A stretch of 41,121 bases of DNA, taken from assembly GCA_026396715.1 (NCBI GenBank), contig JAPLWH010000004.1:1-41121 (forward strand), given 5' to 3'. This DNA is from Candidatus Kaiserbacteria bacterium (GTDB lineage: Bacteria; Patescibacteriota; Minisyncoccia; Phycocordibacterales; Phycocordibacteraceae). The position numbers and the translations under genes were made by a program. Position 1 is the stretch's first letter, and every line of letters begins with the position of its first letter. The notes below the pieces were generated by a model, which searched no databases, was not told the DNA's origin, and worked only from the letters and a program-made list of their open reading frames with translations. This document shows positions 9,049 through 17,751 of this stretch, in pieces.

Positions 9049-9819
9049 TTACTTCACGACCGGCGTCGAGGTTGCCGTCGTCGGAACCGCTGTCAAAAGC
9101 ATCGTTATCTTATCCGCCGAAATCAAAAGTCCGGTCGACTCTCCGCCACTGATACCGATGAGATTTCCTGAGAGATCAACAACCGCAGCACCAACACCAA
9201 TGTCCGGCAAGGTGGTATACACGCCCTTGGCAGTCACGCGCGCGACGATGCCAGTCGAAGCGTAACCATCAGAACCGAGCGCGAGCACAGTCTGGCCGAG
9301 TTTCAAATCAGCAGCAGCAAGGAGGACCGGCGAAACCATCTTCGGAAGTACGGCGCCATCGGCGAAACCGTAGACGGCAATACCCTTACCTTCATGCGAG
9401 AGCGATGCGAAAATAAATGCGCCGTTCGTAAACTCTATGAGCGCTTCTTTCGGCAAGACTTCAAGCGCTGCTGTCGCAACGGCGCGCGCCTTCGGAATAT
9501 ACGTGCCGACCGCAATGGCTGGCGTCGAAGTGCCGGTCTCTGCCGCATAAATAGCGACGGCGCGCGACGCATTCGCCCCAATCGCTGCCGTTACGAGATC
9601 CTGATTCGAAGGTGCAGATGCTTGAATGATCGCCGCAGGCGCAGCAGCAGTAACCGTTTCGATAGTGTGTTCGACCACGCGATTGACTGTCTGAGTAACA
9701 AAAGGCGGAGCTTTGTCGAGCAGCGAGACCGTCAAAATACCCGTCGCAACGGAAGTCACGAAGTTCACCAAGATCGTGAGGAGGATGAGTTGAGATTTTG
9801 AAAGTTCCTCAATGTTCAT
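9049..9819 (-). CDS. Membrane-anchored degenerate trypsin/HtrA-like protein
   Basis: N-terminal TM, LKLGQTVLALG, STGIVA, AVVDLSGNLIGI; catalytic GNSGG absent. Confidence 0.6.
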   Translation of the reverse strand: MNIEELSKSQLILLTILVNFVTSVATGILTVSLLDKAPPFVTQTVNRVVEHTIETVTAAAPAAIIQASAPSNQDLVTAAIGANASRAVAIYAAETGTSTPAIAVGTYIPKARAVATAALEVLPKEALIEFTNGAFIFASLSHEGKGIAVYGFADGAVLPKMVSPVLLAAADLKLGQTVLALGSDGYASTGIVARVTAKGVYTTLPDIGVGAAVVDLSGNLIGISGGESTGLLISADKITMLLTAVPTTATSTPVVK

Positions 9820-9831
9820 GCAACCATAATG

Positions 9832-10980
9832 CTACCCTTGATTGCTGTTGTCAATAAATGCGACTGCCCGAATAAGTGCCTTCGCGAAACGAGCCAATTC
9901 GCGCGGATATGTATCCGGTCCCCAGGAAATGCGAAGTGTCGCGCGAGCACGTTCGGGGTCTCCCGTAAGCGCGAGGACCGCCCGAGAACCTTCTTCGGAA
10001 TCCGTCTCGCAGGCGCTGCGTGAGGAAATGGCGAAACCGGCTTCATCGAGGAGCGCGACGATATAGTCCGTATCGCGGCCGGGAAGCGAAAGATTGAGGA
10101 TATGCGGCGCCTGTGAACGGCCTTCTTGTATATGTATGTTCAAAATAGCCGTAAGGGCCGCCTTGAGAAGCGTTCTGTTCTTTTCTGCGGAGACGCGAAA
10201 AGATTCGCGGCCAAGCACGGCGGCGGCGAGCGCGGCCGCGAAACTCTGTGCGAGCTCCGGCGCTTCGCTTCCGGAGCGTAGTCCGCGCTCCTGCCCGCCG
10301 CCAGCATACAGCGGCACGAGCGGAATCGTGCGATGCGCGATGAGCATTCCGATACCGCGCGCCGCACTGACCTTCGACGCATCGAAGGTCAGCATGTCCG
10401 CACCGAAATGCGCGCGCGAAATCTTTTCAGTGAGCGGCGCCTGACTTGCGTCGACATGCAGCATGATGCGCGCGGCGACTCCGTCGCCGCGCGCCTTTCG
10501 GAGCGTTTCAGCGACCTCGCGCGTATTCCACACCACGCCCGTCTCGCCACACACAGCGTCCATCGAGACAAGCACCGTCTCCTTTCGGATCATCGCCGCA
10601 AGCCTTTCACTATCGATGCGATAGTCTTTGACCGGAAGCGCCTCGATAGTGATGCCCTCCCTCGCCAATACGTTCATATTTTCGACGATTGAGGCGTGCG
10701 AGCTCGACAGATACAAAACGTGCATGTTATTTCTGCCCGGCACATCCGGACCAGCGAGCAAACGTAAGGCGCGCACATGCCCGAGGATGGCGAGCGCATT
10801 GCTCTCTGTCGCGCCGCTCGTGAAGAGGACGTCGTCCGGCTGTACCTCCGTGAGCCGCGCAATGGCTGTCCGCGCGTCTTCAAGCATCTTCTTCGCAAGC
10901 CGCCCTTCCTCGTGCGGCGACGACGGATTGCCACGTACCCCTGCGGCATAGTCGAGATAGGTTCTCCGCTTCCAAAACAT
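9832..10980 (-). CDS. Cysteine desulfurase (IscS/NifS family, PLP-dependent)
   Basis: YLDYAA, GNPSS, FTSGATESN, HVDASQA, GGGQERGLRSG, SSRSAC. Confidence 0.9.
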   Translation of the reverse strand: MFWKRRTYLDYAAGVRGNPSSPHEEGRLAKKMLEDARTAIARLTEVQPDDVLFTSGATESNALAILGHVRALRLLAGPDVPGRNNMHVLYLSSSHASIVENMNVLAREGITIEALPVKDYRIDSERLAAMIRKETVLVSMDAVCGETGVVWNTREVAETLRKARGDGVAARIMLHVDASQAPLTEKISRAHFGADMLTFDASKVSAARGIGMLIAHRTIPLVPLYAGGGQERGLRSGSEAPELAQSFAAALAAAVLGRESFRVSAEKNRTLLKAALTAILNIHIQEGRSQAPHILNLSLPGRDTDYIVALLDEAGFAISSRSACETDSEEGSRAVLALTGDPERARATLRISWGPDTYPRELARFAKALIRAVAFIDNSNQG

Positions 10981-11090
10981 AGGTTGATTCTACCGCACCC
11001 GCCGCTATTTCCTAACCGTTTCTCGCTATGCTAGATTTCGCCCAGAAGACAATTCGACTGATCTTTCCAATTCGCCACAAAGGAGAAAAA

Positions 11091-11633
11091 ATGAACACGT
11101 ACCTTATCTTGTTTCTCATTCCTAATCCGTTCTGTATACGGCTCTGCCGACTGATGGATGGCATCACGTCTATAACCGGCCTCACGCCGCCGTATCGGAA
11201 TCTCCCGCCACACGTTACCTTTCATAGACCTCTAACAGGCATTGTTGATGAGACCGTTTTGAAAGAGCTCTTGAGAGACACTGTCGCACGAATGAGGCAG
11301 ACGCGGATTACGCTCCACGGATTGTCTACGTTCGAAAAACAGTTTGTCATTCTTCCGGTCCAGGCGACTCGCGGTGCAGCGACGCTATGGGTGGAGATAG
11401 CAAAAGTCCTATCGCAACTACCGGAATATAAGCCGGGCGAATACGACAATGACAACACGTTACACGTTACCGTTGCTGAAAAAACCTCGCGCATTTTTGA
11501 TCAAGTATGGCCGAAAATCAGAAATATCGAGACCGAGATCATGCACATTCCCCTGCAAAGAATCGCGCTATATCGAAAACCGTTTGAGGGAGGCGTATGG
11601 AAGCAAATCGCCACCTTCCCTATTCCCGTATAA
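11091..11633 (+). CDS. 2H phosphoesterase (2'-5' RNA ligase-like family)
   Basis: Two HxT motifs (PHVTF, LHVTV); AAGGAG precedes ATG 11091. Confidence 0.8.
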   Translation: MNTYLILFLIPNPFCIRLCRLMDGITSITGLTPPYRNLPPHVTFHRPLTGIVDETVLKELLRDTVARMRQTRITLHGLSTFEKQFVILPVQATRGAATLWVEIAKVLSQLPEYKPGEYDNDNTLHVTVAEKTSRIFDQVWPKIRNIETEIMHIPLQRIALYRKPFEGGVWKQIATFPIPV

Positions 11634-11646
11634 AGACCCTTTTGAA

Positions 11647-11680
11647 CGCCTCGCCGCTTACCGGCGAGGCGGTTTTTATT
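11647..11680 (+). terminator. Intrinsic terminator
   Basis: CGCCTCGCCG-cttac-CGGCGAGGCG followed by GTTTTTATT. Confidence 0.75.
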
Positions 11681-11736
11681 GGTGCTGTCTCGAAAACATT
11701 GCAATTGAGTCATTTTTGTGATGAAATAGAGCCATT

Positions 11737-13206
11737 ATGGCGCGGACTCAAAGACCGCCCGTCATCGCGGTGATGGGCCATATAGACCACGGCAAGTCTT
11801 CGCTTCTGGATTACATCCGGAAGGCGACTGTCGTCGCGGGCGAAGCGGGCGGCATCACGCAGCACGTCGCTGCGTATATCGCGCTCCACAATGAGCGTCC
11901 GATCACTTTCCTCGATACGCCCGGGCACGAAGCCTTCAAAGCGCTCCGCACGCGCGGCGCGGCCGCGGCCGACATCAGTATCCTCGTTGTCGCCGCAGAC
12001 GAAGGCGTGATGCCGCAGACACTCGATGCGCTCGCCGCCATCACTGAAGCGGGAATCCCCTACATCGTCGCAATCACGAAGATCGACAAAAATAATGCCG
12101 ACGTCGGACACGCGAAGAACTCGCTTACTGAACACGGCATCTATATAGAAGGTATGGGCGGCGATATTGCCTTCGCGCTTGTCTCGTCGAAAACCGGCGA
12201 GGGCGTCCCGGAACTCCTCGACCTCGTCCTCCTCTCGGCAGATCTCGCCGACATTACCGCCGACCCAGAGGCAAGCGCGACGGGCTTCATCCTCGAAGCG
12301 ACACAAGACGCAAAGCGCGGCGCCTCGGCGACCCTCATCATAAAAGACGGCACGCTCACGCTCGACGGCTTCGTCGTTGCAGGTGATGCGTTCGCACCGA
12401 TCCGCTTCATCGAGAATTTCCTCGGCAAGCGCGCCCCAAGCGCGGGACCCTCAGAGCCGGTGCGCATTTCCGGATTCTCCAAGCTGCCGTCCGCCGGTTC
12501 CCTGTTCAGTGTTGTGAAGAGCAAGAAGGAAGCAGAGGCGCTCGCCAAAGAGAATGCAAAGTCGTTTTCGGCGGTGCCCGAGCGCGCGGCGGCGGTTGCA
12601 GGCATTACCGAGCTCCCGCTCATCATCAAAGCGGACGTCGCTGGTTCAGTTGATGCGATTGTGCATGAACTGAAAAAGATTACCCACGAACGCGCTTCGA
12701 TCCGCATCGTCTCATCGGGCGTCGGCAGCATTTCAGAGACCGACGTAAAGACCGCGCGCGGTGCAGGCGGGACGATCATAGCTTTCAACGTCTCGACTGA
12801 CGCGATCGCAAGCGACCTCGCACAGCGCGAGAGTATTTCAATCTTCTCATTCTCAATAATTTATGAACTGTCGGCGAAGATCAAAGAATTGCTCGCCGCC
12901 TGCGTCCCAGTCATCTCCGCCGAGAAAGAACTCGGACGTGCCCTCGTCTTGAAAACCTTTTCCTCGGGTACAAAGAAGCAAGTCCTCGGCGCGCGCCACA
13001 TCAAAGGCATCCTGACGGTCGGCGACCGCGTGAAGATTATGCGGAAAGATGTCGAGATTGCGCGCGGCAGCATCGGCAATCTCCAGCAGGCGCGCGCCGA
13101 CGTCAAAGAGATCAAGACCGAAGGCGACTTCGGCACCGAGATCGAAGCACGCGAAAATGCCGTCTACGGCGACGAGCTTATCGCTTTCGTCGTTACTGAA
13201 CTATGA
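11737..13206 (+). CDS. infB: Translation initiation factor IF-2, short form lacking the N-terminal domains
   Basis: [44 protein letters not shown]. Confidence 0.95.
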   Translation: MARTQRPPVIAVMGHIDHGKSSLLDYIRKATVVAGEAGGITQHVAAYIALHNERPITFLDTPGHEAFKALRTRGAAAADISILVVAADEGVMPQTLDALAAITEAGIPYIVAITKIDKNNADVGHAKNSLTEHGIYIEGMGGDIAFALVSSKTGEGVPELLDLVLLSADLADITADPEASATGFILEATQDAKRGASATLIIKDGTLTLDGFVVAGDAFAPIRFIENFLGKRAPSAGPSEPVRISGFSKLPSAGSLFSVVKSKKEAEALAKENAKSFSAVPERAAAVAGITELPLIIKADVAGSVDAIVHELKKITHERASIRIVSSGVGSISETDVKTARGAGGTIIAFNVSTDAIASDLAQRESISIFSFSIIYELSAKIKELLAACVPVISAEKELGRALVLKTFSSGTKKQVLGARHIKGILTVGDRVKIMRKDVEIARGSIGNLQQARADVKEIKTEGDFGTEIEARENAVYGDELIAFVVTEL

Positions 13207-13207
13207 A

Positions 13208-13326
13208 TGCCGTTAGAAATCGCGGACGCATCGGTCGATACCAAAAAACAGGTTCGATTATTAACTCTAACCGAATAGGGTTCGGCTGCGCCACAAGTGG
13301 TGCGTTCGCGTCCTATTTCTAACGGT
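13208..13326 (+). mobile_element. Start-codon-inserted hairpin element, copy 1 (rbfA)
   Basis: ATGAA|TGCCGTTAGAAAT...TCCTATTTCTAACGGT|ATGAA. Confidence 0.7.
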
Positions 13327-13659
13327 ATGAACCCTGACGCTCGCATACGCACCCCTCGCAAGCAGTCGAATCGCGCGACTGAGATCGTCGCACGCGAAGC
13401 TGCGCAATTCATCGCGCGTGAAGCCGGGCGAGAATCCCTCATTACCGTCATTCAGGCGCGCAGCGTCGCGCACGGTGATCGCATTCTCGTTTTCGTGAGC
13501 GTCTTCCCTGTCGAAAAAGCTCACGCGGCAATGGCTTTCCTTGAGCGTCAGCGCGAAGCATTTTCCGACCACTTAAAGACGCATGCGCGCATGCGCCTCC
13601 CGCGCGTCGATTTCCTACTTGATAACGGCGAACCGTTAGCGGAACCTGCAAAAAGTTAG
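13327..13659 (+). CDS. rbfA: Ribosome-binding factor A
   Basis: Directly after infB; LITVIQARS..DRILVFVSVFP and LPRVDFLLD match the RbfA pattern. Confidence 0.8.
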   Translation: MNPDARIRTPRKQSNRATEIVAREAAQFIAREAGRESLITVIQARSVAHGDRILVFVSVFPVEKAHAAMAFLERQREAFSDHLKTHARMRLPRVDFLLDNGEPLAEPAKS

Positions 13660-13673
13660 TATCATCAAGAAAC

Positions 13674-13745
13674 GGCCCGGTGGTGAAGCGGTAACACAGC
13701 GCTCTGCAAAAGCGCGATGCGCGGGTTCGATTCCCGCCCGGGCCT
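13674..13745 (+). tRNA. tRNA-Cys(GCA)
   Basis: GGCCCGG/CCGGGCC acceptor stem, GCGCT-CT-GCA-AA-AGCGC anticodon arm, U discriminator. Confidence 0.95.
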
Positions 13746-13809
13746 CAAAGAGGTATACGTATGTGGATATAAGATTACCTGACTGTACCCAATGGGATAC
13801 AATTAGCCT

Positions 13810-14328
13810 GTGAACCGACGACGAACCTGGACACTTCTACAATTGCAAGAAGCCGTAAAAACTTCTACAAGCTTGCGGCAGGTTATTGCGAAACTGGATC
13901 TTGTTCCTGCTGGTGGTAACTATGTACAAGTTTCCAAAGCCATCAACGATCAGAAATTGAGCACGTCGCATTTCAAAGGACAAGGATGGAATAAGGGGAT
14001 GCGAATTCCCAAAGAGCCGATATATGAACTAAAAGATATCTTGGTTCTAAATAGCCACTATGGCTTGTATCATCTAAAACAACGCCTTTTTAAAATAGGC
14101 TTGAAAGAAGCGAAATGCGAAGAGTGTGGTTGGGCTCAAGTGAGTCCTGACGGACGAATACCAATTGAACTTGACCACATAAACGGAAATCGATACGACA
14201 ACCGACTTGAGAATCTGCGTATCCTTTGTCCCAATTGCCATAGCTTGAAACCCACTCATCGTGGTAAAAATAAGAAAGCACGCCGAGGTGGTGAAACTGG
14301 TAGACACGCGACGCTTAAAACGTTGTGA
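13810..14328 (+). CDS. HNH endonuclease
   Basis: CEECG...IELDHINGNRYDNRLENLRILCPNCHS; AT-rich; 3' end overlaps tRNA-Leu. Confidence 0.9.
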   Translation: MNRRRTWTLLQLQEAVKTSTSLRQVIAKLDLVPAGGNYVQVSKAINDQKLSTSHFKGQGWNKGMRIPKEPIYELKDILVLNSHYGLYHLKQRLFKIGLKEAKCEECGWAQVSPDGRIPIELDHINGNRYDNRLENLRILCPNCHSLKPTHRGKNKKARRGGETGRHATLKTL

Positions 14329-14372
14329 GCTTTAATCGGCTCTTGTGGGTTCGATTCCCACCCTCGGCACCA
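14282..14372 (+). tRNA. tRNA-Leu(TAA)
   Basis: GCCGAGG/CCTCGGC acceptor stem, CT-TAA-AA anticodon loop, long variable arm, encoded CCA. Confidence 0.93.
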
Positions 14373-14489
14373 CAAGAGTACTTCAGAAAACATAGTCGTG
14401 AGTACACTTCTTGTTTTCTTGGTCGCACAGCAGAAGCGCAGCGAATGTTGTGTGGGGAGCATGCGATAGCGTGCGAGTGGGAATCGAAT

Positions 14490-14589
14490 GGCGGAGCCAT
14501 ATGCGAGTCTCCGAGCATATGGCGAGCCGGGGTCGAGAGTGCGAGACGGATTGCGAATACTTGGAGCAATCCGTCCGTAACTCGTGACC
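14490..14589 (+). ncRNA. tRNA-associated structured motif, copy B
   Basis: GGC-GGA-GC[hairpin]GC-GA-GCC-GGGGT[hairpin]GTGACC. Confidence 0.55.
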
Positions 14590-14592
14590 GAT

Positions 14593-14607
14593 CCACCCTC
14601 GGCACCA
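14593..14607 (+). repeat. Direct repeat of the tRNA-Leu(TAA) 3' end (att-like)
   Basis: CCACCCTCGGCACCA is identical to 14358-14372. Confidence 0.85.
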
Positions 14608-14626
14608 TGTTACGATACGCGAACCT

Positions 14627-15484
14627 ATGGAGCCTGTTTGTTATCTAAATGGAGCGATCACTCCTCTTAAAGACGCGCGGGTCGGTATACTCGACCTCGG
14701 CGTGCTTCGCGGCTTCGGCATCTACGACGGACTCACTTCCTTTGCCGGAGAGCCGTTCCGTTTCAAGGATCACTGGGAACGATTCCAAGTTGCTGCGAAC
14801 ACACTCGGCCTGACCATACCGCATACGAAAGAGGAGGTGCAGAACGTGATGCGCGCAGTCATCGCTCACAACGCGCCCGGAGTGCGAGCAAATCTCCGCA
14901 TGGTGCTGACTGGCGGCGAAGCAAAAGGAGGCCTTGAGCCGGTGCCGTGGCGCGAGACTCTTTTCATTACTGCAGAGGCAGCTGTACCCTTGCCCGCCGC
15001 GCTCTACGAGCGCGGCGGGAGTCTCCTGTCATACGAGCATCAACGTCTCATGCCGGAGATCAAGACGACCAATTACATTACGGCCGTGCTACTCCAAAAA
15101 AAGCGCGCGGCTGCGGGTGCAGTCGAGATTCTCTACACAACTGGCGGCCGCGTACTCGAATGCGCGACGAGCAATGTATGCATCGTAAAAAATGGTGTCG
15201 TCGCGACCCCCGATACCGGAGTGCTCAAAGGCGTTACTCGCAAAATAGTCCTCGAGCTTGCGCAGGGCGCGTACCCGACCGAGGAACGCGCAATCTCGAC
15301 CGATGAGGTCTTTGCTGCTGATGAGGTGTTCATCACGGGATCTTTCAAAGACCTCATGCCCATCGTCTCGATAGACGGGCACGCCATCGGCTCTGGAACT
15401 CCCGGCCCCATTACGCGCGACCTCATGCAACGCTTCGCCGAGTACACAAAGCGCAATATTGAAGAGAACGCCTCCATCGTGTAG
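14627..15484 (+). CDS. Class IV PLP aminotransferase (IlvE/D-amino-acid transaminase-like)
   Basis: RGFGIYDGL, HWERF, IKTTNY, ECATSNV, VLKGVTR, ADEVFITGS. Confidence 0.9.
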   Translation: MEPVCYLNGAITPLKDARVGILDLGVLRGFGIYDGLTSFAGEPFRFKDHWERFQVAANTLGLTIPHTKEEVQNVMRAVIAHNAPGVRANLRMVLTGGEAKGGLEPVPWRETLFITAEAAVPLPAALYERGGSLLSYEHQRLMPEIKTTNYITAVLLQKKRAAAGAVEILYTTGGRVLECATSNVCIVKNGVVATPDTGVLKGVTRKIVLELAQGAYPTEERAISTDEVFAADEVFITGSFKDLMPIVSIDGHAIGSGTPGPITRDLMQRFAEYTKRNIEENASIV

Positions 15485-15559
15485 AGTGCAACATAACGCG
15501 CCCATATCTTCTCGGATATGATATTGACGCTCGTTCGGTGCAAAACTCGATCTCAGTAT

Positions 15560-15632
15560 GCGCCTATAGCTCAGTTGGTAGAGCAGCTCCCTCTTAAGGA
15601 GACGGTCCCTGGTTCGAATCCAGGTAGGCGCA
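15560..15632 (+). tRNA. tRNA-Lys(CTT)
   Basis: GCGCCTA/TAGGCGC acceptor stem, CT-CTT-AA anticodon loop, TTCGAAT T-loop. Confidence 0.95.
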
Positions 15633-15671
15633 CAAAACAGTTTGACTTGCTATAGTTCCATAGAAGAGATT

Positions 15672-15754
15672 GCTGGGGTGGCGAAATTGGTAGACGCATC
15701 AGCCTTAGGAGCTGACGGGGTAACCCATTGGAGGTTCGAGTCCTCTCCCCAGCA
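15672..15754 (+). tRNA. tRNA-Leu(TAG)
   Basis: GCTGGGG/CCCCAGC acceptor stem, TCAGC-CT-TAG-GA-GCTGA anticodon arm, long variable arm. Confidence 0.95.
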
Positions 15755-15892
15755 CTGACATGAGCGTAGCGAGTATAGTCGCTACGCTCCGTACCTTCTT
15801 GGTCGCACTTGACTTTCTCATAGTTTTCTGTATTATTTCCACCAGAAAACAAGTTCTCTGTTACCTAAACAAACTCACAAAGGAGTGTTGAA

Positions 15893-16936
15893 ATGGCTCA
15901 GGATGCAAAACATACCGGCTACCGTATTGATCTGCGACCGCCCCACGACGGACAGATTAAGACCAGGAATCGTTTCTTCCGATTAATGTGGTTCCTTATT
16001 TCTACAGGATTCATCATTGGGGCACCAACAGCATTAGTAGGTTATTGGGGTTTGCTGATTGGACACGAGACTATCGGGTACCTACTAGGATTCTGCGGTG
16101 GTGGCACACTCGCGCGATGGATAATCCCCGACCGTATGCTCATCTACAATCCAGAATGGACCGGGTATGTTACTCAGAACATGTTCACAGGAACGATGAT
16201 TCCGTACGGTCCAGGACTTCACCTATCGCACTGGTGGGAAGAACGTAACAAGAATGGTAATTATTCACTGAAAGTAATTACACGACCTTTCAGTGTAGGC
16301 ATTTCAACGCAAAGCGCGAAAGTAATTGTCGGTGGAAAGTTCGAATATGCTATTGACCTTGCTCTGATTGAACGGGCTATCGGTGTTGACGCATCAACGA
16401 TAGAAAGCGGCATTACTGCTTTTATCGATAGTTTCCTCACGAGCCAGTGTGCCCAAATGGATGCAGGTGAGGTACGGAAGCAAATTACTGAACTCAATGA
16501 AAAACTTTCCTTGGAATTCATGAGTAGAAAAGAGGGTGGCAAGGACCCGATAAGTTTCGGCAGCAAGTACGGTTTCATTACCGTAAGCGTTGTCATCGAC
16601 AGCATCGCATTCCCCAGTGCGGTTCAAAAGACCAGAGACGCCATCGATGAGGCTGAAGTGCTTCATGAGGTGGTGGCTCGACTCTATGGGTATGAACCGG
16701 CAATGCTGAAAACGAAGATTGCATCAGGAGAAATCTCGACAGATGCATACAATAAAATGCTCAACAGGGCACTGACAGTATCGGGTAACGACACTAAGAT
16801 GGATATCACAGTCGTCGAAGGTGATATCCCAATTCTAGCGGTCAAACTGGCCGAAAAATTCCTGAATGAGAAAAAAGTGGGTTCTCCCAAACAAGGAAAT
16901 AAAGCGTCACGTCCCACACAAGGAGGAAGACGATGA
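15893..16936 (+). CDS. Membrane protein, probable SPFH/band-7 domain
   Basis: Two N-terminal TMs, YGPGLHL..WWE, KYGFITVSVVIDSIAFP..VQK; SD AAGGAG; lower GC. Confidence 0.55.
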   Translation: MAQDAKHTGYRIDLRPPHDGQIKTRNRFFRLMWFLISTGFIIGAPTALVGYWGLLIGHETIGYLLGFCGGGTLARWIIPDRMLIYNPEWTGYVTQNMFTGTMIPYGPGLHLSHWWEERNKNGNYSLKVITRPFSVGISTQSAKVIVGGKFEYAIDLALIERAIGVDASTIESGITAFIDSFLTSQCAQMDAGEVRKQITELNEKLSLEFMSRKEGGKDPISFGSKYGFITVSVVIDSIAFPSAVQKTRDAIDEAEVLHEVVARLYGYEPAMLKTKIASGEISTDAYNKMLNRALTVSGNDTKMDITVVEGDIPILAVKLAEKFLNEKKVGSPKQGNKASRPTQGGRR

Positions 16937-17394
16937 ATCTATCTGAGGCGAAAAACAGCGCTGAGGCTGAGGGTACCGAGAAGTCCGTAAAATTTCGAAA
17001 GACGGCTCGAAACTCAATCATTACCTTGGTTTCCATCGTCGTACTAATCGTCTCGACGAAAGAGGTGTCAGATTACATGCTGATCCACCAAATGGAGAGC
17101 GATCAATCGGATCAGACATCTGGAATTCCTCTCATAAGCGATTCTGAGGAATCTTGGCCGAGATTTATCCTAAAGGAACGCGGAAAATCGAAACTTATTC
17201 CGGTGGATACTGACAAAACCATTAAGATCATCGGATCGGCCGAGTTTCGCATTCACTGTGTGTATCAGAATAAAAGTGAAATATCCTATGGTGCAGGAGA
17301 AGCTCCCTGCCCCAAAGGCAACATGCCGTGGGTGTATGTAACAAATCAGGCGAGAGGGAAAAATATCATTCATTACGCCTACGTTCCTCTGTAA
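16933..17394 (+). CDS. Hypothetical single-TM protein coupled to the upstream gene
   Basis: ATGA overlap, SD AGGAGG, one TM helix, two Cys in the C-terminal domain. Confidence 0.65.
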   Translation: MNLSEAKNSAEAEGTEKSVKFRKTARNSIITLVSIVVLIVSTKEVSDYMLIHQMESDQSDQTSGIPLISDSEESWPRFILKERGKSKLIPVDTDKTIKIIGSAEFRIHCVYQNKSEISYGAGEAPCPKGNMPWVYVTNQARGKNIIHYAYVPL

Positions 17395-17414
17395 GTTCTT
17401 TGTTCTTTCCAAAA

Positions 17415-17448
17415 AAGGCCGTACCGGTTCAAACCCGGTACGGCCTTT
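17415..17448. terminator. Bidirectional terminator
   Basis: AAAGGCCGTACCGG-ttcaaac-CCGGTACGGCCTTT between convergent genes. Confidence 0.8.
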
Positions 17449-17465
17449 CTCTTTTTATACTCCGC

Positions 17466-17744
17466 TTATAAACCGCCGAACTTCCCTGGAGTTAATTTGT
17501 CGATGCCGAACGTACCGAGCGCGATATTGATGATGCCGTACGCGCCGAAGATGATTACAAATCCAAGGATACCCCAAAAAATAGCTTGCTTCCCTTCCTC
17601 GCGCTTCCCTTCGTCTCCAGCTCCTTTGACGAACTCAAACACGCCCCAGAGAAACACGATGAAAGCACTCGCCGAAAGAAGCAGAATGATCGGATTGATG
17701 ATCTGCACGACGACCTTCCCGAGGAATTGGTAGAGCGCAGACAT
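17466..17744 (-). CDS. TrbC/VirB2-like pilin
   Basis: IINPII..FLWGVFEFV..KREEGKQAIFWGILG. Confidence 0.75.
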   Translation of the reverse strand: MSALYQFLGKVVVQIINPIILLLSASAFIVFLWGVFEFVKGAGDEGKREEGKQAIFWGILGFVIIFGAYGIINIALGTFGIDKLTPGKFGGL

Positions 17745-17751
17745 TTACTGA

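Noticed and set aside
11737-13206. IF2 truncation as pseudogenisation
   Set aside because: The G-domain and C-terminal domains are intact, and short IF2 forms are known in reduced genomes
13208-13326. Integron attC interpretation of the GTTAGA/TCTAAC elements
   Set aside because: The core sites are in the opposite order to attC (GTTRRR first, YYYAAC last), the copies are dispersed at core genes, and no intI is present. A mechanistic relationship is not excluded.
13746-14281. Group I intron in a tRNA carrying the HNH gene
   Set aside because: Both flanking tRNAs are complete and uninterrupted, and there is no room for a ribozyme core
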